The position numbers and the translations under genes were made by a program. A stretch of 64,000 nucleotides of DNA from Octopus sinensis (Eukaryota): contig NC_043005.1 of the NCBI RefSeq assembly GCF_006345805.1, positions 102,114,001-102,178,000 of the forward strand. Direction: 5' to 3'. Of the stretch, positions 22,374-36,019 are shown in pieces. The stretch's first letter is position 1. Each line of letters begins with the position of its first letter. Below the pieces are notes generated by a model. That model made no database searches and was not told the origin of the DNA. It saw nothing but the letters and a program-made list of their open reading frames with translations.

Positions 22374-23084
22374 AAAATAAATTAGTGTTTATAGAGAAGT
22401 AATTAATTCAGACACGTTGATCTTCGTAACATTTTTCTTGCACACTAATTACAAGATCTATAACGATAGAGGATTTAAATTCTTGATTAATATTGCTTGA
22501 TCTATAAAATTATTCTTTCTTCGGAGTGTTTTACATTTAAAGCTGATATGATACACCTCATTCGAAATGATAACGGTCCCGTTCTTCAGCGTATAATTTT
22601 TTGCCAGTTCAGTAGCAGATACACCAAATTTCAGTGATCAGAACCGAAACAGCCATTGTGTATAAAAATACTTTCCTGAACAATAATTCTTCCCTACATA
22701 GAAATTCATAATTACAGAGATATACTTTCTTATACAGACATATTTTTTTGAGCAAATTTTACATGATGCCGAGCGTCATTCTTGAATATGATATTCGTTA
22801 TAGATTTGTGAGATATTTTCAGACACTATTATTAATGTTAACTTCGACAGCGTTAGAGTGTAATTACATTCAGTGGCCAACGACGAGGATGTATATGCGA
22901 AAATCGTTCGAATAAGATCTGGTTATGACATGAGGCTTCGTCCTTATTGCATTCTTATTTAATATTTTGGTTTATTTCTACGCATTTTACATAAAATACA
23001 CATATCTTCTTTTCTTCGATGGCAATAATCAAGCTCAGCTAAGCGGTGATAAAATTAGAATAGTGTAACCTTTCCACAATTTTC

Positions 23085-23086
23085 TT

Positions 23087-23146
<60 letters not shown>

Positions 23147-23221
23147 TATATATATATATATAAATATATATCAATGCATACATACACACACACATATATA
23201 TATATATATACATATATATGT

Positions 23222-23273
<52 letters not shown>

Positions 23274-23360
23274 GCATACATATATACATAATGCATACAT
23301 AATGTATATATATACATAACTTACACACAGACGTAGATATATATATATTAATGCATACAT

Positions 23361-23397
<37 letters not shown>

Positions 23398-23498
23398 CAT
23401 AATGCATACATAACGTACATACATACATAGCGTACACACAGACGTAAATATATATATATATATAAATATATATATATATATTATATATATATATATAT

Positions 23499-23549
<51 letters not shown>

Positions 23550-23580
23550 TACAGATAGATATACAGATAGATAGATAGAC

Positions 23581-23639
<59 letters not shown>

Positions 23640-23741
23640 CGATAGATAGGTAGGTAGATAGATAGATAGACAGATAGATTGATACATAATGCATACATAC
23701 ATACATACATACATACATACATACATACATACATACATACA

Positions 23742-23770
<29 letters not shown>
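23085..23770. repeat. Compound microsatellite (CT)n/(AT)n/(TAGA)n/(CATA)n with an internal ~185-bp duplication
   Basis: Direct reading. Confidence 0.9.
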
Positions 23771-23773
<3 letters not shown>

Positions 23774-24379
23774 GGCGCAGGCGAGAGAGGAATCTGTTCT
23801 CAGACAAAGAGACAGTCTGCATTTTTTGCTATTAAGTGGTTTGTATGTTAAACCATTCGAAGGCAATGTAGTGCTGTTAAGCTGTGTGATGAATGGAATT
23901 TAGTAAAGTCCTCGAGTTTGTGCTTTTGATTTAACGAAAATATTATTGTTTCGACTGCTTGTATGCTCGACATCTTTTATAATTCTTCCATTTGAAATAA
24001 AGGCATTTTACTAAATTCTTTCTCCAAAAGCGTAAAACAGAAAATATTTTGTGACTAATGTGGGAACATTCAATACTTCGAATGACCATTCCTAAGAATA
24101 AGCTAAAGGAATCGAAACAAACTCCTAGCATAACGACAATAATACAAGACACAAGTTCAACAAAATGGAAGAATGCGGCTCGGTTATACGTCGCAGCATT
24201 TTATAAGACACCGACATATTGATTAAATATTGCTGCACTTGACTTTCATTCCCCTCATCTCCACAATTTTTGCAGTTAGTTATACATGTTTTCGATCTTT
24301 TCTAGTCAACTTTGAATGAGTTTGGATAGGATTTGATAGAGCAGTAACTAGGAATAGCAGCCAGATCACCATTGAACCA

Positions 24380-24632
24380 CTCATTAAAGTGTTAAAAGAA
24401 GAAAGGACACATTTTGTTTGTAAGGATGTAAGTTCTTGGCTTCAAGGGTATCAGGAAAAGCTTGGTTGGAAGTCCAGCTTTCCGAGTAATTTTACAAGGC
24501 TTAGAAAAACTGAGGGACCGTTGCAATAACTGTATCAATCTGAGAGGGGAATATGTTGAATGGTATCAGAATTAGCTGATCCTCCTGTATTTTTCTTTTA
24601 CCCAAAGCCAGAAACTTTTCAACAATCCATGT
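24380..24632 (+). pseudogene. Mariner transposase 3'-end relic and terminal region
   Basis: Residual ..GLEKLRDRCNNCINLRGEYVE motif followed by AAAGCCAGAAACTTTTCA, resembling a mariner TIR. Confidence 0.6.
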
Positions 24633-26818
24633 TAAATATAGTGTAAAAGCGGCTGGAATACCATTGATCATCTTAATAAAACTGGCCAGTGGCTAAACAA
24701 TAGCAAATCTCAAATTACTATTGGAAAAGATGTCATTTTTCATTTAACTGTTTAGCTGTATCTTTTGAACAAATTATTTGTATAATTGTAAATGTAGGTC
24801 TATTTAATACTAGGGTGTACAACATTATTATATTTCTGCAATAAATACGACAACGGTAACAAATATAAATCAAAATACTAGTTAGAAATGTATGTCGGCA
24901 GACTAAATTAAGTGAGAGATGCTCATGTTACGAATAGATGAGATAAACGATGCTTTGTTCCAAGCTCCTTGTCGGTAAAAGAGAAAATGAAAATAGTAAC
25001 ACTAAGATAATTATGCTAATTTCCTAACAATAAAAATACATCGGTTTCCATTCCACGTACATAAATAACACTACTCATCTTATGTATAATAAGATTATTC
25101 CAACGCTTCTTGTGAGCCGGCAATAATCAAGCTCAGCTAAGCAGTTCATTTTGCAAACGTAAATTTATGTTTATTAAACTTACAAGTGTACATTTATGTG
25201 TGTAAAAATCACACGCGTACACACACATACACACACACTCACAGATACATACACGCATAAATATATGTATGTTAGAAAGAATAAGAGAAGAAGAACGAGA
25301 GTGTGTGTTCTGATTTTGCTTTGGTTTGTAGATTTTGTGGTGTTTGTTATTATAAAACAGAAGTTATTAATCAGGTTTTTCCACGAAATGTCCCTCGTTG
25401 ATAATTGAAACCGTGTCACAGGTGTATAATTCAATTTATCACTGCTAATCACTAGATAGCGATACACAAGTTCCTATTTAGCCGGAATCAGTAGCTTCTG
25501 ATTGAAATCTCCTTTGAAATCACACATTTTGGCTGTTTTCTTATATTTTTATTTCCTAATCTGACTTGCTTGTTGCATCACTCTTTCTTCTTTATGTCTT
25601 AACAATACCATTTCCTTTGCTTTCTCTCTCCACCTCTTCTTGTTCTCTTCTCCTTCCTTCACACTCTTCAAGTAGCACAGCAAAATCACTGCTAAAAGTA
25701 GCAGCACTGTGAACTACTAAGGAACAACTGAAATAAAGACACAAGAAGAATTCGTTATCGAAATTCTGCAGGGAATTATCAACACATTTCTTTAAATTCA
25801 ACTGATTTACCTCACATTCAAAATGGAAGTAGAAAGTAAAAAGGTTAATTGCTGTTTGACATTTTCAAATTAACCTTGAGTGCTAAGAGCAATCATGCTG
25901 AGTATTCGTGAATGATTTCAGTAAAGTAAATTCTATAGCACAGAAATTTAGTGTAGTGAAATGTATAGTGAAATGCTTCCATATCAGTTCTGCTATTCTT
26001 TTGATACAGAGTGAAACTTCTGTGGTAAATTTTGTTGCTTCTTACGTAAGTTATAGATTTCAGACGGATGTTTAATTACTTTTTATCAAATTTTACTTTA
26101 TGATATTACTGTAATAATTTCTAACTTATTATAGTAAATATCATTTCAGAATCAGGAGAATAAAACTCTGCAGGGTATAAAGAACTTAATTTCTGTTGTG
26201 CTCTCTGGAAATTCACGCTGATTTTTCTAACAAAAGATGTGCTGCAAGGGATTTGAACCAAGGAATGAGAACAGATACCATATATGGTAATTGAATTAGA
26301 ACGTTGATACTATTTATCACATGTTAATCAATTTGTTCGTGCCTCTGCAAAGTGCGCAGCCATGACTTTGTGGTTAAGAAGTTAGTTTCCCAACTGCGTG
26401 GTTTCCAGCTCGATCTCAGTACAGTGTCTCGAGTAAATACATACATTCAACCACGGATTCAATCCGATCAAACCCATGTGGGATTTGATTGTCGAACAGT
26501 ATGGAAGTTCAATCGCTAGGCATGTACTGTTTTGGGTTGGTATGAACCTGGCATAGTCCTTTCGATTTCATTCCCTTTGAACACCATCACCCGATCCATC
26601 AGTGTACTTCATGGTTTTGGTAAATATCTCTGGTGATCTTCTTTCTTAGCAGTCATAGAGGCCCTATACAGGGTCATGTATGATGTCATTCCTTTTCCGA
26701 GTTAGTTATTAAAACCTATAATTGAAGAAAATGTTGGAAAGAAAAAATAGCAATAAAATAAAAAGTAATACATGATCGGAAATAATAAACCCTTATGTTA
26801 TTTTACTTTTTATCAAAT

Positions 26819-27160
26819 GAAGGCGCATGGCTCAGTGGTTAGAGCGTCGAGCTTACGATCGTGAGGTTGTGAGATCGAATCCCGGACCGGTCTGCGTGTT
26901 GTGTTCTTGAGCAAGACACTTTATTTCACGTTGCTCCAGTTCACTCAGCTGTAGAAATGAGTTGCGACGTCACAGGTGCCAAGCTGTATCGACCTTTGTC
27001 TTTCCCTTGGATAACACTGGTGGCGTGGAGAGAGGAGGCCGGTATGCATGGGCGACTGCTGGTCTTCCATAAACCACCTTGCCCAGACTTGTGACTAGGA
27101 GGGTAACTTCCTAGGTACAATCCCATGGTAAGTGTCGTGACCGAAGGGGGTCCCGGATGT
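26819..27160 (+). mobile_element. tRNA-derived SINE with Meta/MESC-like central domain
   Basis: TGGCTCAGTGG A box, GATCGAATCCC B box, GTTGTGTTCTTGAGCAAGACACTTTA core. Confidence 0.8.
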
Positions 27161-27503
27161 TATTTTAATATTCCGTAATGTGGAGGGTTACTTATTTTAA
27201 TACACACCATAATACTAGTTATTATAATGCAAGGTGTTTTGGAGTACTAGTTACATCTATTTAGATTCTACTTCTAATCATCTACAGCTGCTTTAAATTT
27301 TATTTTTGAAACTAAAATTAATCAGTCGCAAAGTCAAACATTCTCAGTTTTAGTCCACACAACTATAAGTTACATGCAAATTAACCCGGTAAGAAATGTA
27401 TTTGTTAAAATATTATGTCTAGGAATCCTTCAGGACGTGGGAGTCTTCAAAAACAGAAAAAGAAAAAAAGCTATGTACCATTATTATTATTATTATTATT
27501 ATT

Positions 27504-28057
27504 GAGTGAGAGAGCAGTGCATGCCTTCAAAGTGACACTGGGGTAAAATATACGAAGCCCAATATACCCATCATGACTACCCGGCTGATAAAGGTACACC
27601 AGGCACATGCATCACAACCATATGTGCGCGACATGGTGATCTCATATCAAGATAAACAGCACATGACCTTGCAGGTGGGGCCCAGTTAGAATTTTCTTCA
27701 GGTTGAGTAGCCCATCCCGCTCAAACGGTCCCTGAATAAGGGTTGTTTAAGGATGTTGAAAGAACCACCCATGTTTCCAGAGGTGAATTATTCAAACCCC
27801 AAAGAATCCCTCTCAACACATGGCTCTGATGCTCCCCCACTACTTCTGCTCGTGGTCATAGATGCACATATCGTCAGCCACTAAGGGACATGCTCAACTG
27901 GCTAAGGTCAAACAACTGACAAGCAAATCTATGGTATTCAGCAGAATATTTGCTGTAGCCCATCTTTTATACCAAGACAAAACAATGTACATGATAACAC
28001 TTCCAATCAGTTAAGATCAGAAGCCATGAGAGCCACTGCCTGGTACTGCATCAGGGC

Positions 28058-28059
<2 letters not shown>
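27504..28059 (-). mobile_element. ~556-bp non-coding (TAA)n-inserted element, full-length copy 1
   Basis: Four co-oriented copies sharing the 3' end CTCACTC-(AAT)n; copies 1 and 4 share the 5' end ATGCCCTGATGCAGT. Confidence 0.88.
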
Positions 28060-28130
<71 letters not shown>

Positions 28131-28146
28131 GTTATTCTTCTTCTTC

Positions 28147-28181
<35 letters not shown>

Positions 28182-28187
28182 ATTATA

Positions 28188-28237
<50 letters not shown>

Positions 28238-28309
28238 ATTATTATTATTATTATTATTATTATTATTGTTCTTCTTCTTCTTCTTCTTCTTCTTATTATT
28301 ATTATTATA

Positions 28310-28375
<66 letters not shown>

Positions 28376-28418
28376 GTTATTATTATTATTATTATTGTTA
28401 TTATTATTATTATTATTA

Positions 28419-28451
<33 letters not shown>

Positions 28452-28838
28452 GAGTGAGAAAGCAGTGCATGCCATCAAATTGTCACTGGGGTAAAATATA
28501 CGAAGCCCAGTATACCCATCATAACTACCCGTCTGATAAGGGTACATGTGCGTGACATGGTGGTCTCTTATCAAGATAAACAGCACATGATCTTGTAGGT
28601 GGGGCCCAGTTAGAATTTTCTTCTGGTCGAGTAGCCTATCCCGCTCAAAAGCTCCCTAAATAAGGATCGTTTAAGGATGTTGAACTAGCCACCCATGTTT
28701 CCAAAGGTGAATTATCCAAACCTTTCAACACACGGCTATGATTCTCCCCCACTACTTCTGTTTGCGATCATAGATGCACATATCGTCAGCCACTAAGGGA
28801 CATGCTGAACTGGTTAAGTTCAAACAACTGACAAGCAA
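28452..28838 (-). mobile_element. Same element, 5'-truncated diverged copy 2
   Basis: Alignment by eye to 27504-28059. Confidence 0.85.
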
Positions 28839-28862
28839 TATTCTTCTTCTTCTTCTTCTTCT

Positions 28863-28958
<96 letters not shown>

Positions 28959-29427
28959 GAGTGAGCGAGCAGAGCATGCCATCAAAGTGACACTGGGGTA
29001 AAATATACGAAGCCCAGTATACCCATCATGACTACCCGTCTGATAAGGGTACACCAGGCCCATGCATCACAACCATATGTGCGTGACATGGTGATCTCAT
29101 ATCAAGATAAACAGCACATGACCTTGCAGGTGGAGCCCAGTTAGAATTTTCTTCAGATCGAATAACCCATCCCGCTCAAAAGGTCCCTGAATAGGGGTTG
29201 TTTAAGGACGTTGAACGAAACACCCATGTTTCCAGAGGTGAATTATTCAAACCCCAAAGAATCCTTCTCAACACATGGCTATGATGCTCCCCCACTACTT
29301 CTGCTCGTGATCGGAGATGCACATATCGTCAGCCACTAAGGGACATGCTCAACTGGTTAAGGTCAAACAACTGACAAGCAAATCTGTGGTATTGAGCAGA
29401 ATATTTGCTGTAGCCCATCTTTTATAC

Positions 29428-29429
<2 letters not shown>
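28959..29429 (-). mobile_element. Same element, 5'-truncated copy 3
   Basis: Alignment by eye to 27504-28059. Confidence 0.88.
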
Positions 29430-29489
<60 letters not shown>

Positions 29490-29496
29490 GTATTAT

Positions 29497-29688
29497 TCAG
29501 TAGTTTTATTTTTATAGCGTGCTTTCACTTCACTACCGAGCACAGCTCTGTGTGCCTGTGATTTGTTGTGATGCTCTGATGGTTATTGTATGGAAGCGTA
29601 GGATGTGTGCAGTGCCTAGTAGTGCAATTTTCTGTATGTTATATGTGTTTGTAAGTCCTGGTGTTTTTGTTATGTATTTGTCTGAATA

Positions 29689-29691
<3 letters not shown>
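29497..29691 (-). mobile_element. 3' fragment of a Dong/R4-like RLE non-LTR retrotransposon, family X
   Basis: Encodes KYITKTPGLTNTYNIQKIALLGTAHILR (RLE C-terminus), then a 3'UTR ending in (TAA)n. Confidence 0.8.
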
Positions 29692-29774
<83 letters not shown>

Positions 29775-29780
29775 TCATCA

Positions 29781-29839
<59 letters not shown>

Positions 29840-30476
29840 GAGTGAGAGAGCAGTTCATGCCATCAAAGTGACACTGGGGTAAAATATACGAAGCCCAATA
29901 TACCCATCATGACTACCCGTCTGATAAAGGTACACCAGGCACATGCATCACAACCATATGTGCGCGACATGGTGATCTCATATCAAGATAAACAGCACAT
30001 GACCTTGCAGGTGGGGCCCAGTTAGAATTTTCTTCAGGTTGAGTAGCCCATCCCGCTCAAACGGTCCCTGAATAAGGGTTGTTTAAGGATGTTGAAAGAA
30101 CCACCCATGTTTCCAGAGGTGAACTATTCAAACCACAAAGAATCCCTCTCAACACATGGCTATGATGCTCCCCCACTACTTCTGCTCGTGATTATAGATG
30201 CACATATCGTCAGCCACTAAGGGACATGCTCAACTGGTTACGGTCAAACAACTGACAAGCAAATCTGTGGTATTGAGCAGAATATTTGCTGTAGCCCATC
30301 TTTTATACCAAGACAAAACAATGTACATGATAACACTTACAATCAGTTAAGATCAGAAGCCATGAGAGCCACTGCCTGGTACTGCATCAGGGCATTGGTA
30401 TTGAGCAGAATATTTGCTGTAGCCCATCTTTATACCAAGACAAAACAATGTACATGATAACTCTTCCAATCAGTTA
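29840..30476 (-). mobile_element. Same ~556-bp element, full-length copy 4 (29840-30395) with an extra 5' duplicated segment (30396-30476)
   Basis: 30396-30476 repeats about 30266-30349. Confidence 0.88.
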
Positions 30477-30582
<106 letters not shown>

Positions 30583-30593
30583 TTCATTATTAT

Positions 30594-31406
30594 GATCATT
30601 GTCTTTGCACAGCTTCTAACGCTGGAGATGTACTATGGTGTCAGCTGTTCCCTACCAGTGAACTAAGGCAATACCTCTTAATTTTCGAGCACCTTCCAGA
30701 GTATTCGAGTGGTTCCAAGCAGTGCTGTTTTCTGCAAGCGCTCCATACTTACTGCAGCTCCTATTTGTTCCACGTACTTCTCAAGATGCTAACTGTTACC
30801 AGGGCTCCGACAATTATTGGTACTACTGCTACCTTTTTCATCGACAACAACTTCTTAACTTCCAAATCTAACCTGTCATATATCTAAACATTTCTTTCTT
30901 CCTTATCGCATACCTTGTTGTCAGCCGGGCATGCTATGTCTATAATCCAGCATAGTTTGTTTTCTTTCTCAATTAAGACTATGTCTGGCTTCCTATTCTC
31001 TATCTCATGATCGTACTGAATCATAAAATCCCATAGGATCTTTGTATTTCTATTTTCGAAAATGCTTTCAGGTTTGTGGTCGTACCAATTTTTTGCTCTG
31101 TCAAGTCCGTACTTGTGGCAAGGTATCCAATGGACAAGCCTGGCTATATTGTTGTGGCGTCTCTTATATTCCTTCTGGGCTAGTGGCGTACATTGGCTGG
31201 TAATATGCCATACGGTTTCACCGTTTTGTCTATAGATTCTGTACATATCTCGTTCTGATGTGCTGTCTATTCTGTATTTTATGTAGTTTGTTCTTAGTGC
31301 TTGCTCTTAGGCAGCACAGATTAGAGCCTCCGTTTCCGATTTTAAATCACTTTTAGTCATCCCCAGCCATATTTTTCTCTGTCTATCTTATCTTCAACAT
31401 CCCTAT
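30594..31406 (-). pseudogene. 5'-truncated Dong/R4-like RLE non-LTR retrotransposon, family Y
   Basis: LKSETEALICAA, GETVWHITSQC, RHNNIARLVHW, RKPDIVLIEK..IIDIACP (PD..D nuclease), LQKTALLGTTRILWKVLEN-stop; stops and frameshifts present. Confidence 0.9.
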
Positions 31407-31409
31407 GAA

Positions 31410-31461
<52 letters not shown>

Positions 31462-31498
31462 TATTATTATTATTATTATATTATTATTATTATGATTA

Positions 31499-31534
<36 letters not shown>

Positions 31535-31566
31535 TATTATTATTATTATTATTGTTATTATTATTA

Positions 31567-31624
<58 letters not shown>

Positions 31625-31789
31625 GTATAGACATTCTGGTTGTGTTATCTTACGCGCATGACGGGTGCGGGTGTTGAAGGCAAAGGAAAACACCCCTGTA
31701 CTAGACAGATTTCCATTTTCACCTGAATCGACTGCAGGAGCATGCAATAGCTTCGACCGTTTTATGATCTATATAATGGTGTACTTATG

Positions 31790-31791
31790 TA

Positions 31792-31862
<71 letters not shown>
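31790..31862. repeat. (GT)n microsatellite
   Basis: Direct reading. Confidence 0.95.
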
Positions 31863-33649
31863 AAATATATGAATATTAACGCGGTTATAATATACAAAAA
31901 ATCCAGAGATTTGGTGATAAATATTTATGGCTATTTCGTTTTTGGATTTGGTTTGCAAGATCCTTTATGTGAGTTCGTGTGCTGAAGCATCCTGTGTTCT
32001 GTCTGGTTAGAGTCATTCTCTTTGAGTCCCTTATAATTTAACACACTCACTGGTAAATTTTCAACTTATTTCCTTCTTTATTTTTCTAAAATTTTCGTTG
32101 TGTCTTGCAAACATTTCAATACTTTTCACTCTTATTTATAAATAAACATGCTCGTTTAATTAGCTTTGTAAATAGCTTAGCATTCCGCAGACATGTGTAC
32201 TATTACCATAATTCCCTGGCAGTATGGCAATATGGCAGTATGGCAGTATTAGCATGTACCTTGAATTACTGGTATAATTTTATAGAAGACAAACACAAAT
32301 TGAACACCTATAGAAGATAAACTCACTAATTGATACAGGCACACGTGTGCACACACTACACACACGTTATGTACCCCACACCATTTAGTAAACCTATACA
32401 TCTAGAACTTACGTACATATATACACATATGTACTGACATTCGCAAAATTACATGTATTTATAAAGGCATACATATGTATGAACATGCACAAGCATACAT
32501 ATATGCATATACACACATGTGCCATATGTATGCGGTTAAAAGTTCAAATGCATTGTTCTATATAAAACACATAGGAATCTCACATTCCTGAAATTCCTTT
32601 TTGCACGCGAGCAGAAATACACACATTTATATATGTACACACCTGCGCACACACACACGCACACACACAGGTACACACACACATACACACGCATCTACAC
32701 ACAAGCTTAATATGATGCATTTGCAGATAAAGAATTACAAGCGCATTTACGTTCACGCATCGATATTAACACAAAATCTTATACGCGTGCATAGAATCAT
32801 ACACATATGCACGATTTTGCACTTTTATACGAGCACTTGCTGGCACCGAATGTAACACAAAAATCTAAAGAAATATGTAACTATGCGCAGGCATTTAAAT
32901 ACGCAGACATACGTAGATAATTTGCAAAGTTTAGCTAATAGACGCAGATATATACACACAAACATAATTATATGCTTCGATAAAAAGCTAGACAGAGAAT
33001 AGAGACACGTACTATCACACACATAAGCACAGACACATACACTCACTCCCCACTCGCATATAGATATATGTGCACATATATACATACAAGACACACACAC
33101 GCGCACATACATAAGGTAAAACAAATGGATCTCTTTCAGTATTGTGACCTGGATTCAGATATTGGCTGCGTAGAATTACCTGCTCATTTAATTAGCATTG
33201 TAAGAAGCTTAGCATTCCACAGACATGTGTACCCTTAGCATAATTCTTTGGCAGTGTGGTAGTATCAGCTTATGTCTTGAATTACTAGTATAACCCATTT
33301 GACAGGGACATGCACTCAATTTATTTGGGCTAATTTTTTCCGGGATCAGGAGGCACAAACATTATTTCTTTCTTCAAAATGGGATTGTCTCAGATAACAA
33401 TTCCTGTATCACTCTTGCGTTGTTAGTGAATTTTCTGAAGATATCATAATCATGTAAAGAACTACTAAAGTGATTGGTACGAAAGTAAACAAAATGAGGC
33501 CATCGTCAAAGCCATGGTAACACAAACACAACTATACATGAAAATGAAACATCGGAGAAAAGCAGGAATAAAACCGTTTACACGTATTAAAAGCCAAGTA
33601 TTTCTCCCTAATAGTTCTAAGCTATCATAATGTTAGTTTCAAATTTTCG

Positions 33650-33810
33650 CACAAGGCCAACAAGTTCGGCAAAGGTGGTAAGTCATTCACTTCGATATTA
33701 GTAGTCAACTGGTACTTATTTTCTCGACCGTGAAAGCATAAAAAGTAAAGTCGACCTCAGCGGAATCTGAATTCAGGATGTAAAATGTTATCGTAATATT
33801 ACAAGCATTT
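33650..33810 (-). mobile_element. Degenerate OR-like SINE fragment
   Basis: AACTGGTACTTATTT...AAAGTCGACCTCAGCGGAATCTGAA. Confidence 0.6.
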
Positions 33811-34473
33811 CTTGAGGAGGGTAGGAACAGAATTACTACTTAGATGTTAAATATTAATAATATTCAAGGGAATATTTAAATATGGTAAACGACATACTAC
33901 GCTATCTACAGCTGATTGTATGTGGCTGCAATCACTCTGAAGAAACACCCAGATGTTGTGTGCATCGCACGCGCTCATAAGATATATCAATATGTTAAAT
34001 ATCAGGCCTAATTATTGTGACACAGTGTGACTAGGTTGAACCTGTAACGCAAAAGTACAACGCAGAGAGATAGAGAGAGAGAGAGAGAGAGTAAGAGAAA
34101 GAGAGAAAAAGAGAGAGTGAGAGTGAGAGACTCGTTATTAATAAATAATTTACTTAACAACCATGAAAGGCTAAAGGCAAATTTGATCCCTAATATATTT
34201 AAAATAATAGAGCAGACAACTGGGTCAAATATCTCAAGGCATTTAAGTAAATTACCAGGGATTATGCAAAATACTTTTACATATATATATATATACATAA
34301 ATGCATGCATGTATTCATACATGCATACAGGCATACACACTTACATAAGAATACACATACGTAAATACATACACACATACATACATATATACGCGCATGC
34401 GTCCATGTACATGAATCGGTGTCTAGGTATTCTTCTTTAAGCCTATACGCGATTAGATATAAGGGATTACATA

Positions 34474-34556
<83 letters not shown>

Positions 34557-36019
34557 ATGTGTGTGTGTGCGCGCACGGGTGTGTAAGTTTCTTATACATT
34601 CGTAAACTTAGCCGATTTTGACGTATGGTGTATCAAAAGAATCAGTAATCTTTCGGCTACCAAATAAACTTTATTCTCATTTACATAGTATGCATTACAA
34701 AAATTTAGCATTATAATATTTCTATATGCCAACTATCGTAAACGACATTTTATACCACGATGACGACAAAGACGACGTCTCATTCGGGTGTGTATGTGTC
34801 TGTCAATGTGTGTGTGTTTGCGCATTCGTTACGCACGTTAGGTCGATGACTGACAAATATATGTGTGTGAGTGTATGTGTCTGTCAGTATACATACATTT
34901 TTGTGACGACTGACACACAGAGGGATAGAAACAGGCTTGAGGTGTGCGTGAAGGTTTGTCTATGTGCGTCTTTCTTAGTATATGTATGTGACTGTACCTT
35001 CCAACAGTGAAACACGCCAATTTTGAAGGAGCTTAGTTTAGTAGCTGCCCGAATGTTGAACATAAAACAGCGTTTTTTTTTAAGTACTACTGTTTGGATT
35101 TTTCTTCCATCATAGAGAGTTGCAGTTTTAACAGCATCTTCGATCATCACTACTTATGTGCTGAAATATTTTCTGATTTTCATAATGATTTGGCTGATTT
35201 GACAGTAGTCACAACACTCGCAAATATATCTGGGAAAAATGTTATTCTGGCAATTATAACAAATTCGGTAACTTGAAGAAGCAGAACGTTTTAGTGGCTC
35301 TTTCAATATCATTACAGAAATGTTATTCCAGTCCTTATAATCAGTTTGAAGATAATGCTTTTTAAACAGTCCTAGCGTTCTTATAATATTCCTGCTATGC
35401 TGCTTTAACCGTGTTAATATTCAATGCCTTGCAACATTTTTATTGCGTTATTCAATATTTATTCTACAGACAATAAGCTTACACGGGTAAAATATATAGT
35501 AAATTATGTAAAATTGATATGTGCCGTGCTACAAACATCATTCAGCAAATGTTTTAATTTAATTAACGTTCACAACAGCAACGTATTCCCTTGAATACAT
35601 CTTGTTCAGCTTTCGTTTAAAAATTGTTAAATAATAAATTTTTGTATGAAAAATTGAGTTATACCTTCTGAATTTACTTGGAGCTTGCCTTTCTTCACTG
35701 TGCCATTCAATCCTGAATTTTATAACATTTAGTACATGTTCCAAATGAATGTTGACTTTTTGTACTCTGTTACATTGGTGGCGCATTGTAATTGTTGCTA
35801 AATTGGTGACTTTCCGATGCTGGAATATATCCTTTAGAAATATTCCCGGAAACAAAATTCCATGGTATGTTTTGCACCCATATTGACTACGTTTCGTTTC
35901 GTTTTAACTTCGTGTGTGTACATTTTGCTGTTTTCAGTATTATCAATTCTATGAGTGTGAATGTGTCTGTGAATGTGTGTGCGTTTATTTCAGCGTTTGT
36001 TACGTCTATAGTAAGCTAT

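Noticed and set aside
25609-25727. Candidate 119-nt minus-strand exon (TTTATTTCAG acceptor, GTATTG donor, Glu/Arg-rich frame)
   Set aside because: Isolated, weak donor, low-complexity purine content and no partner exons; would need RNA-seq support.
26819-26900. tRNA genes at SINE heads (also 19541, 50696, 61598)
   Set aside because: A/B boxes are present, but no complete cloverleaf or acceptor stem, and each continues into SINE body sequence.
27990-28059. HDV-like or hammerhead ribozyme at the 5' end of the 556-bp element (CTGATGC...)
   Set aside because: No GAAA for an HHR, and I could not assemble P1-P4 by eye; left as a computation to run.
27504-30476. CRISPR-like or LTR interpretation of regularly recurring blocks
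   Set aside because: Blocks are 400-560 bp, variably 5'-truncated and separated by microsatellite; no cas genes, no TG..CA LTR ends and no PBS.
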